Below are positions 1 to 8,700 of a DNA stretch of 12,463 nucleotides, in pieces. The DNA is from an uncultured Spirochaetota bacterium (GTDB lineage: Bacteria > Spirochaetota > Spirochaetia > SZUA-6 > Fen-1364), in assembly GCA_963745235.1 (NCBI GenBank), contig CAVUXE010000078.1, forward strand, positions 1 through 12,463, given 5' to 3'. Numbering within the stretch: position 1 is the stretch's first letter; each line of letters begins with the position of its first letter. The position numbers and the translations under genes were made by a program. Below the pieces are notes generated by a model that did not search any database, was not told the DNA's origin, and saw only the letters and a list, made by a program, of their open reading frames with translations.

Positions 1-47
1 ATGTTAGGGTATTCCGGAAATTGTGAAAGCGTGAAATAATCTCTCTC

Positions 48-1539
48 ATGGGAGGGGGCCATAAGAAATTCTCGCGCATCGGGCGCGAGCAAATTCTCAA
101 CGCTTATCGGGCTGGGCCTGATGCCATCGTCTCGTTGATCGACTATCTGCAAGAGACGCTTTTGGGAATCATCGAAGAACACGAAGCACGGATCGAAGAG
201 CTTGAAGCGAAGCTCAACAAGGACAGCCACAACAGCGACAAGCCGCCTTCCACAGATGGACCGAAGCGAAGGTTCACCGCAAAGAATCGAGAGCGCAGTA
301 GCAAGAAACCTGGCGGTCAGGAGGGACACGAGGGCACGACGCTGCGGATGGTAAGCGATCCAGCCCAGGTGGCAGTTCATGAGGTCAAACGCTGTGGGCG
401 TTGCGGCAGATCGTTGAAGGATGTGAAGCCACGAGGCTACCTCCCACGGCAGGTTTTCGATATCCCTCGCATTACTGTGGCGGTCACCGAGCATCGAGCG
501 CAGATCAAACGCTGCCCTCACTGTGGAGAGCTTTCCCGGGGAGAGTTCCCTGAGGGGGTGACTCACACGACCCAGTATGGAACGCGCCTGAGAGCCTTTG
601 CGGTGTACCTGAAGAACTATGGATTTCTCTCCTATCAACGGACCGCCGAAGCGTTGTCAGACTTGTTCGCCATTGCTGTGAGCGCGGGGACCCTCGCCAG
701 CACAGATGGTCGCTGTGCCCAACGTCTGGAAAGGGTGGTGGAACAGATCAGAGAGAAGCTTGTTCGGGCGCCGGTGGTGCATTTCGATGAAACAGGACTG
801 AGCATCAACGGGAAGTTACACTGGCTCCATGGGGCGAGCAACCCAGCCTTTACCTATTACTTTCCCCATCAGCGTCGCGGCCAGGCAGCCACCGAATGCC
901 ATCGGGATTCTTCCGCGGCTGAAGGGCAACGCGGTCCACGACAACTGGCAGCCGTACATGAAGTACCGCTGCCGGCATTCGCTGTGTAACGCCCATCACA
1001 TTCGGGAACTCACCGGCATCTATGAACTTGACGGCCAGCCGTGGGCGCAACACATGATCGGTTTGCTTCTGGAGGGCAGCCAGGCCGTCGAGGGTGCAAA
1101 GAAGGCGGGAAAGAAACGATTGACCGCCGGTGTGTTGCACGGATACATCAGTCGCTACGAGACGATTATTGCCGCTGGAATGAAGGCCAATCCTCCTCCT
1201 ACTCGTCCAGAGGGTTGTTCACGCCGAGGACGTCTGAAGAGAAGCAAGGCCCGCAACCTCTTGGAAAGATTGGCAGAGCGCAAGAAGGAGACACTGCGCT
1301 ACTTGTACGATTTTCGAGTGCCCTTTACAAATAACCAAGCCGAGCGTGACATTCGCATGATGAGAGTGCAACAAAAGGTCTCTGGGGCATTTCGCAGCAA
1401 CGCGGGCGCTCTCGCGTTCTGCCGAATACGAAGCTACATCTCCACCATGCGCAAGCACGGCAAGTCAGTGATTGATGCCCTCATCCGAGTCTTACAGGAG
1501 GATGATCTGACGCTGACAAAGTGCCTTCAAACCAGCTGA
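48..1539 (+). CDS. tnpC: IS66-family DDE transposase (single-ORF, ISBst12-like), split by one +1 frameshift near 890-895
   Basis: ORF 48..989 has an N-terminal coiled coil, KDSHNSDKPPSTD, a Zn-ribbon (CGRC...CPHC), YGTRL and the catalytic HFDETG. ORF 829..1539 continues with AVHD, LCNAHHIREL and PFTNNQAERDIRMMRVQQKVSGAFRS, all typical IS66 TnpC motifs. Removing one base in GCC-ACCG-AAT-GCC joins them as RRGQAA(T)NAIGILP, about 496 aa. Confidence 0.93.
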
Positions 1540-1546
1540 ATAGTTA
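1535..1546 (+). repeat. IS66 right terminal inverted repeat (terminal C displaced to 3568); contains intron IBS1 TAGTTA (1541-1546)
   Basis: It overlaps the transposase stop TGA (1537-1539). The reverse complement of the reconstituted end is GTAACTATTCAGC, matching the IS66 GTAA start. Confidence 0.75.
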
Positions 1547-1754
1547 TCGCGCCAAGCAAAGCTTGGGAAAGGAGGATGCTCAGCATGTAGGCGGAAACCT
1601 TTCATCGTGACCCTGTTGGTAACCAATCCAACACAGCAAAGCTTGGCCAGCAGCTGGAAGTGAGTCTTGCGTGACCACAGGCGACTGTGGCCATGAAGCG
1701 TAGACAACGATCGTAAAAGCCGTGCGATTGAGCCTCGATAGCAGCCATGCGGGA

Positions 1755-1782
1755 GTCTTCGCAGTTAACTATGCGGGGACAG
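1755..1782 (+). other. Intron domain Id3 hairpin with EBS1 (TAACTA, 1766-1771) and putative EBS3 (G1782)
   Basis: The 9-bp stem GTCTTCGCA/TGCGGGGAC (two G-U pairs) closes the loop GTTAACTA. TAACTA is the exact reverse complement of TAGTTA (1541-1546). G1782 would pair with the first 3' exon base, C3568. Confidence 0.82.
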
Positions 1783-2159
1783 CACCGAAGCGTCGTAATG
1801 GCCCGACGTGGAGGTCCCGCCGGGGTCGGAGAACAGGGCAAATACGAATAAGGGTCACCCAGGAACTTGGGAGATCTCGTTGATTCCATGCCTTCGGAAA
1901 CTGGACGAGGGTCACCAGAGAATGAACCCCTGGCCCATGGGCAGAAGCGTCATGATGCCCATGCGGAGCGAAGAACAAAGACGCAGGCTGCAAATGGTAT
2001 TGCCGAGCGAAGGAAACGAAGCGAAGCGAAACGGTCAACGAGAAGTCGTAGCGCCTTCACAGTACCGCTGAAGCGGGGGAACCAAACCCAGCAGGAACCC
2101 CGTGGAGGGAAGGGAGGCGTCGGGTCATAGAGCTGTCGGTGGGACACACGGAGGATGCG

Positions 2160-3471
2160 ATGGAATCCACAGACGTGTCAACGAAACAACGGCGGATAAC
2201 GGAACTCGCGAGGATTCATCCCGAGGTGAGTTTCACGTCGCTGGCGCATCACATCGACCTGCGATGGCTGTACGAAGCTTACCTCCGCACGCGCAAGGAC
2301 GCGGCGGTGGGAGTGGACGGACAGACAGCCGAGGAATACGCAAAGGATCTTGGGGGTAACCTCAGGAGCCTACTGGAGAGGGCGAAAGCGGGAACGTATG
2401 TCGCTCCTCCTGTTAAGCGCGTGTATATACCGAAGGGCACGAAAGGTGAAACACGTCCGATCGGTATTACCTCCTTCGAAGACAAGGTGCTGCAACGTGC
2501 AGTGCAGATGGTGCTGGAACCGCTGTACGAGCAGGAGTTTTTGGACTGCTCGTATGGATTTCGGCCAGGGCGGTCAGCCCATGATGCGTTGCGGGCACTT
2601 CGGGACGGGCTGATGAAGATGGGTGGCGGGTGGATAATTGATCTTGACATACGAAAATTTTTCGACACTCTCGACAAAGGCCACCTTAGAGAGATCCTCA
2701 AGAGGCGGGTGTGTGACGGGGTGCTCCTTCGTCTGATCGGGAAATGGCTGAATGCTGGAGTACTGGAGGAGGGAGGGGTAAGCTACCCTGAGCGGGGGAC
2801 TCCACAGGGCGCTGTGATTTCACCAATCTTAAGCAACATCTACCTGCACGATGTGCTGGACAGATGGTTTGCAGAGGTGGTGAAGCCGCGCCTGAAGGGT
2901 GATGCGTTCCTGATTCGGTTTGCGGATGACGAGGTACTGGTGTTTGCGCGCAAAGAGGACGCCGAGCGGGTGATGGACGTGCTGCCGAAGCGATTTGGCA
3001 AATATGGCCTCACCATTCATCCCGAGAAAACTCGGTTGATATGTTTCGACAAGCCTCAGAAGCGCGAGGGAGGGACGGTTGAACCACCTCGGTGGGCGAA
3101 GTTCAATTTTCTGGGCTTCACACACTACTGGGGGCGGAGTCGATAAGGCGCGTTGGGTCGTGAAGCGAAAGACGGAACCGAGTCGCTTTACTCGGGCGCT
3201 GAAGAGTACCTGTGAGTGGTGTAGGCGTAATCGCCATCTACCGCTTAAGGATCAACAACGTATGCTCACATGGAAGCTCAACGGACACTACGCGTACTAC
3301 GGGATAACTGGAAACTCGCACTGGATCAGCAGCTTCTTCTACGAAGTCAAAAGAGCGTGGCGTAAGTGGCTCATGCGTCGCAGTCGCGGGCAATACATGC
3401 CCTGGGAGCGTTTTCTGCAACTGCTCCAGAGGTATCCACTCCCTGCAGCTCGGATAGCGCACTCTTGTTAA
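2160..3471 (+). CDS. ltrA: Group II intron reverse transcriptase/maturase, split by one +1 frameshift near 3144
   Basis: RT motifs AAVGVDG, RVYIPK...[56 protein letters not shown] and FNFLGFTH. The X/maturase domain continues in ORF 3079..3471 ([23 protein letters not shown]). Junction is CGA-T-AAG-GCG-CGT-TGG. GGAGG (2150-2154) precedes ATG 2160. No HNH domain. About 436 aa when repaired. Confidence 0.95.
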
Positions 3472-3492
3472 GCAGTGAAACTATGGCCCGAA

Positions 3493-3567
3493 GAACCGTA
3501 TGCGTCGAATCGCGCACGTACGGGTCCGTGGGGGCTCTGGGCGAGGGATCGCCCAGAGCTACCCAGC
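3493..3567 (+). ncRNA. Group II intron catalytic domain V and branch-point domain VI
   Basis: The 34-nt DV GAACCGTATGCG-TCGAATCG-CGC-AC-GTACGGGTC has the AC bulge and an AAC triad. The DVI stem GGGGCTCTGGGCGA-GGGA-TCGCCCAGAGCT-A-CCC has the bulged A at 3561. Confidence 0.95.
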
Positions 3568-3650
3568 CCTTTTTTCCTTTTCAATTCATTTATAGACTAC
3601 AGCTCGTGCGCCTACCGATGCATGCCATACTTTCAACTTCCTCCTACAGT

Positions 3651-3805
3651 CACGCGGCAGTCATCCCGTCTGTGGCCAGAAAATGCGTATGGGGTGAGGC
3701 GGCCACAAGGCCGCCGGATCGACAGCGCGCCAGCGGCTGGCGCGCTGTGCATACGCATTTTCTATTCAGCCCCAAACCATGACGGCGGGGGCGGCCGACG
3801 GCGTG
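3651..3805. repeat. Nested palindromic/structured intergenic element of unknown class
   Basis: A perfect 14-bp inverted repeat (3678-3691/3750-3763) encloses a 7-bp hairpin (3698-3715) and a 13-bp perfect palindrome (3722-3748). Imperfect outer pairings are CCGTC/GACGG and CACGC/GCGTG. Confidence 0.7.
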
Positions 3806-3866
3806 GCAAGATTCATAGCTACATTTCAGAGAGACTCGAGTTCAATCCGGTGTCTCGGACGCTAAA

Positions 3867-5000
3867 CTACTCCCACCTTTCTTCAAATGACGGATCTTTT
3901 GCCTTTGCTTCTTGAATCTTCTTTTCCCATTGCGCCTTGAGGCCTTTGTTGTTCCACAAGAGATCCACTGTTTCATACTCTTTCAATGGCTTGGCATTCT
4001 TCAGATCGATATCAACGAGATAGACTTCGATCTTCCCTTCTTTGAGCACCTCGAAGTACAACCCATCCTTGCCAAGGTAATACGAGAAGGAAACTGCTTT
4101 TTTCCCATCTGAATCGTCCATCCCATGCCAGATCGAATACAACGCGTCTTCTTTCAAATCGTAGATCAGGACATGCCAGGGATAGAGAGTTTTCGGAAGG
4201 GTGATAGTAGGATTGCTTCTAAAATTGGACATTAGAACAAAATAAACGTAATTTTGATTTGCCACAGATTGATTGCTAAATGTCAGCATGTGAGTATAGA
4301 TAGGAGAGTAGTTGCTCGTAAAGGGTAGAACAAGATCATGTGTAATGGTTTCTTGTGCCCAATCGAGAACGAATAGCTCAATATCACGATCCGCCTGTAT
4401 ATAGGAGAAATCAGATTTAGTTGCGACTGTTGATGATAGAAAAACCTGATTTGCTCCTGCGTCGACATCTTTGGGGTTCATAATGTACCCCGCCTTCGCT
4501 TTTCCGGCTGACTTAATGATTACTCCGTTGTTTTCCAGATCCAGTCGCATGCCCCCCTTGGATTCACTCTTACGTTTGGTGTAGTATCCCCAGAAATTTT
4601 CATATGCTTGCTTGCTGAGAGCTGTAACGACGTCAATCTTCTTGCTTCGCTTATCGAAAGTAATCCCTGCAATTCCTTGGGCAGAATCACTGTTACCTAA
4701 GTTTTCAAGCGTGTCAAAAAAAAACTTCGAGTCATCGTCGTTGGTAAGTCGTAGAAACTGATAATTATCCTTGAAATGATACGTATTGTACATGAACGGA
4801 TAGCGATCAGTTAGCGGAATTTCCACCAATCTCTTTGCTTCAGCAGTAAGCGAAAACAGTCTCTCCGGAAGATGAATGACTCGCGCGCCGCGAAAAAGCT
4901 CCTCGTATAAATCGGTTAGTGTTGAGGCACTTAACAACGGTCTGGCGAAGACCAAGAGCACTGAGAGCATCAAACCAATAAGGCGTCTTTTTGAACTCAC
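3867..5000 (-). CDS. Exported hypothetical protein (~377 aa, Sec signal peptide); candidate cognate immunity protein
   Basis: Long ORF (track 3867..5057). A better start is GTG at 5000, with GAGGG 7 nt upstream, giving MSSKRRLIGLMLSVLLVFARPLLSA-S (basic n-region, hydrophobic core, LSA cleavage site). It begins 37 bp after the stop of the giant gene and is visibly AT-richer than its neighbours. The immunity role is inferred from context only. Confidence 0.75.
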   Translation of the reverse strand: MSSKRRLIGLMLSVLLVFARPLLSASTLTDLYEELFRGARVIHLPERLFSLTAEAKRLVEIPLTDRYPFMYNTYHFKDNYQFLRLTNDDDSKFFFDTLENLGNSDSAQGIAGITFDKRSKKIDVVTALSKQAYENFWGYYTKRKSESKGGMRLDLENNGVIIKSAGKAKAGYIMNPKDVDAGANQVFLSSTVATKSDFSYIQADRDIELFVLDWAQETITHDLVLPFTSNYSPIYTHMLTFSNQSVANQNYVYFVLMSNFRSNPTITLPKTLYPWHVLIYDLKEDALYSIWHGMDDSDGKKAVSFSYYLGKDGLYFEVLKEGKIEVYLVDIDLKNAKPLKEYETVDLLWNNKGLKAQWEKKIQEAKAKDPSFEERWE

Positions 5001-5037
5001 TATATTTCCCTCGGCTAGATCGCTATCTCCGTTCCGC

Positions 5038-5700
5038 TTATCGTTTGGAAGATTCAATCGTCCACCAGGGCTTTACAGTCGCGAAATTGTAACCTTGGTT
5101 GAATTGTTTTTTCCAATTCGCAAAGTAGCTGCTATTGACCAACATGTTGACGTATTTGTCGTTGCCAGACAAAAGACTAGGGTCTGTCCAACTCCCAAAC
5201 GCATTCTCTCTCGGACCTGCTCCATATGTCGTCCCGCCTAGCGTCAGCCGCGGTGCACTATGTATCAGCAGGTTTTGCCCTTCATCATTGATAGCATAAA
5301 ACCCAACATGCCCCTGCATGAAGACGAGGTCTCCTACCTGAGGGGTGTCGCTCCATGTCTTTCGATCATCTCCATAGGCAAGCAACACGCCCCCCACGTA
5401 CTGGTTCGCCTGCTTCTTGTCGGCAACCATCTGAGGCCACCCGCCATATAGGAAAGTGCGACTTAGCCCATTTGCCACAATTCCCGACTCCGTGTCCAAC
5501 TGAGCAGCATGCGCTGATGCGTATTCCCTCGACCATATGCCAACCTCAGTTTTGTTGCCCTTGACACTGGCATTTAGAGCTTGCCCGGCCTTTAGGGCGC
5601 CGGACGCATACAGCACTGTGTTGACATATCCAATGCAATCCAGCGATGGGGTACTAGTCGGTGAACTAACCCATGGCCCATTGAAATACCCGGTGATCGC
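5038..5700 (-). other. C-terminal NlpC/P60-like (papain-fold) cysteine peptidase domain
   Basis: Catalytic-pattern residues: D-C (Cys codon 5635-5637), GDLVF..GHVG.Y (His 5308-5310) and IH (His 5260-5262). These match the NlpC/P60 DCSG / PGDLVF / HVGIY / IHA signature. Confidence 0.75.
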
Positions 5701-8700
5701 CTGGCCATATCCTGGGCCTTTGAGATTGAAGTTCATGTAGTACTGCGCTCCAGTCAGATCGCCGGCGATGGCCCCAGTCCTGTCGTAGTTAATATTGAGA
5801 TATTCCCCCTCGTACGTCCGCGCCACATCGTTGATCAAATACCCGTTCGCATTTCCCGCTCGTACCACGTCCTCCGATGCGAGATTCGCCAGGAATAACG
5901 CCCCTGAAAGCCCATTCATCCCGTTGCTGCCGCGGAACACGTTTGTCGTGTACTGAAGCATGTCGTGGCTGAGGATGCCTCCGGCAGCAAAGTCCGTGGA
6001 GTCCTTTAACGCATCACGCAGGCCGCCCAGCAGCGCAAACGCACTGCCATAGGCTTCTTCAGACAAAACGCCGGCAGTGAAATTGGAGAATGTACCACTG
6101 TCCCACAGAATGTCAGCTATCTTTCCTTTGTCACCTGATTGAACCAGATAATCCCAAAGCTTGTTGGATTCCGTATTCGTGCTTGTTATAGCCCGTCGCA
6201 ATTGAGTCTGCGCAAGGACCCCGAGGTCCTGTGCCGGCGTCTGGTCGTACACCCTTCCACTTGAGCTGACAGGAAGGCTAGCGATCTGCGCGTCAAGCAC
6301 AAACCCATAGCCGCCGGCCCCTATCTTGCGCAGCATGCTTGCGCCCCAGGCGAGCCCTGTATCCTCGTATCCGGCTCCAGTCACGCCCCACGCCTTCATC
6401 AAATCGGAATACGCACTGGTCTCCGTCATCCGTGATTCGAACTCATCTTTCCCTGCCAGGTGCTTGGCTTCATGAGACATGATTGATGCAACTTGCGCGG
6501 CCCCTTCTTTTCCTCCGCCAAGCAGCTTGGAGTTGACATAAATCGACTTCCCGTCATCTCCTGCATAGGCAAGCGCGGCAAGGTCCTGCGTTGTGACCGC
6601 TGGAGTGGATGCGTTATAGTAAACGACATTCTTGTTCCCGTTCCAAATATCCTCCGCCAACTGATAGTTATCTTTGTTGTCGGTGTAGCCAAGCCCATTG
6701 GCCGAGTTCAATGTCGTAAGTGCAGTCTTATCCCCCTGCAGGTTTTCATACTTCGCCTCGGTGATCTTATACGATTCGCCAACCCCGCCCATGCTCGAAG
6801 CGATTGTTCCCAAGCTGACATTCGTTCCATTACTGCCCAGGTTCATGCTGAACCCTTGCTTTGCTCCCAGGTGCATCTCCAGCAGTCCGTAACCCCTTTC
6901 GCTGCCAAAGTCAGCTATGTTCATCAGGTTCAACGTAGCGTCTCCGGTCATCCCATATTGTATACCCGTTGAGACCAGGCCTCCCGTCAGGTTGTTGAAG
7001 CTACTAATCCCTCTCGTATTGAACACATTACTGCTGAGGATGGTGCCATTCCCATCCACCATGTTCGCCATGCTCATCAGCCCGCTGGTGAACGCGCTTC
7101 CTGAGGCCCCTGCAACGCTCGCCCACGCTCCTGTCCCAAACGACCCCGTGAGGAACGCGTCCTTGTCCCACCCAAGCTTGCCGTTGCTCCAAGAGAACGC
7201 GCTGAGCGCGCTGGTGGCAGTGTTCGTCGTAAAACCTTGCGCCCCGGCCAGCAGCGCCTTCCCGATGGGCGCCTTGCCGAAATCTCCCAAGGCTCCTGCG
7301 ATCCCCCCGACCTCCTTCGGATTGAACCCGTTGAACACGCCCCCTACCGTACTCGTCGCCGCGCTCGTCAGGAAGCTCTTCCCTATATCCAGCCCTGCCT
7401 CTTCCCATGTCTTGTAGCCGCTCACCACATCCAGCGTGTCAAACAGAAGCGTGCTTGATGTGCTTATCGCGGCAGTGGCCGCGATTCCGGCAATCCCCCC
7501 GATCCCTCCCGTTGCCAGGGTCGCTACCACCCCTGCGGCTATCGATCCCACGGTTCTCAAGCTTGGGGCTTTGAACCAGCTGCCCGGTGTCGTCCCAGAG
7601 CGCCTTGTCCCACGTGGGCTTCTGCACCTCCGACCAACCCCGCGCCTCCTTCGTCTGATTCCAGATGAAAGCGCCCATCAGGCGCCCCAATTCCCCCTTG
7701 CCCTGCACAACTATGTTGTCGTTCTGAGACTTGTCGAAGTCAGGTTCGTTGGCGAACTCTGGCGAATACCCCACCCACTGCCCAAACTCCCCCTCCCCCA
7801 GCTCCTTGGTCTTCGCCTCTCCGTTTGCTGTGATTTCGAACACAAGCCCCTTGGCCCTCTTCTCTGCGTCCGTGAGCTTCTTCCCTTCCCCGAAGATCCT
7901 ATTCTGCTGCTCCCCGACTTCCTCCTGCGCTATGCCGACAAGATCCATCACCGCCCCGGCCTCGAGACCGTTCAGCCTCCCCTGGCTCAAATCCACTTTC
8001 AGCTCCAGCCTCGGCATCGCATACCACCGGTACGCCTCTACCCGCTGCGTCTCCATTATGAGACCGCTGATGAGCGTGCTCCGTTTCACTGCCTCCCGCT
8101 TGTACTCTCCTCCGCCCGTCCCGTACCCAACGGTGACAAACACCTCATCCATGCTCTTCTCAAAGCCTTTGTTCGCTTCCTTCACACTCTCAGAAAGCGC
8201 CTTCTTCGCTTCCTCCACGCTCGTTCGGGCATCATCTGCCAACCCCCGAGCCGCCAACGCCGAGAGCTCCTTCCTGCTTGTTGCGATAAAGCGCTTCACC
8301 TCGCTGGCAATCCGCGCGCCACTGGTGTCCGCTCCCAGTTTCCCGCTGGCCACCGTCACCGACTCTGGCGCAATCCCCGAGCTCATCCGCTTCAGCGCCG
8401 TAAGTGACTGTCCGCTCCCTACTTCCGCAAGGAGCGTCTGAACCTTCGTTGTGGCCTCCTTCGGGTCATAACTTATGTCCCCGATCAAAAGCGTGCTCGC
8501 GCTTCGCGAACTGTCATCCGCGCTTGCACCCACCTCGCCGAGAATGGCCTCATTGCCTGCCTTGGCTGCCTTCTCCCGCGTGGCTTGCACCCAATCATCC
8601 TTCTTCTCCACGAGGCCAAGGTAGGCAACGTTCCACGCATCACTCTTGTCGCAATATTCCTGCTGGAAGCCCTCCCGCCACTGTCCAAACGCTTCGAGCA

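Larger units (their letters stand above)
1547..3567 (+). mobile_element. Group II intron (IIB-type RNA, probably bacterial class E-like), full length, endonuclease-minus
   Basis: 5' end TCGCG followed by CCAAG (1552-1556), which can pair with CTTGG (1866-1870) to close DI. EBS1 hairpin at 1755-1780. J2/3-DIII GAAGTCGTAGCGCC...GGCGTC at ~2042-2121. RT ORF in DIV, DV at 3493-3526, DVI with bulged A3561, 3' end ACCCAGC. The class assignment comes from recalled motif resemblance only. Confidence 0.92.
1..3568 (+). mobile_element. IS66-family insertion sequence (left end upstream of the window), interrupted by a group II intron in its right TIR
   Basis: The transposase is followed by GCTGAATAGTTA (1535-1546). 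Joined to C3568 after intron removal, this gives GCTGAATAGTTAC, the ...TTAC right end expected for IS66 (TIRs begin GTAA). No matching left TIR is present in 1-47. Confidence 0.75.

Noticed and set aside
1555-1646. 12-bp direct repeat AGCAAAGCTTGG (1555-1566 and 1635-1646)
   Set aside because: Only two copies, inside intron domain I. It is not a CRISPR array or a target-site duplication.
1602-2147. Several 65-95 aa ORFs upstream of the RT
   Set aside because: They overlap structured intron domains I-III and are chance ORFs.
2160-3471. RT as part of a DGR, retron or CRISPR-associated system acting on the toxin tip
   Set aside because: It has a maturase domain and complete flanking intron RNA. 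I found no TR/VR pair, msr-msd or array.
3569-3645. Minus-strand AGGAGG followed by TTG/ATG, a possible gene interrupted by the IS
   Set aside because: Both starts hit stops within 12-16 codons, so no CDS can be supported.
3762-3770. CTATTCAGC, an inverted match to the IS end GCTGAATAG (1535-1543)
   Set aside because: Only 9 bp, lacks the GTAA terminus and overlaps the palindrome arm, so probably coincidental.
3475-3915. 146-aa ORF, and the overlapping 3366..3782 ORF
   Set aside because: They run through intron DV/DVI and the palindromic element and have no protein motifs.
5001-5057. Track start (TTG 5057) overlapping the giant gene's stop
   Set aside because: GTG 5000 has an RBS and places the signal peptide at the N-terminus.
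7436-8441. Long + strand ORFs (323 aa and 236 aa)
   Set aside because: They are antisense shadows of the giant gene caused by codon bias, with Pro/Leu/Ser-rich non-protein-like composition.
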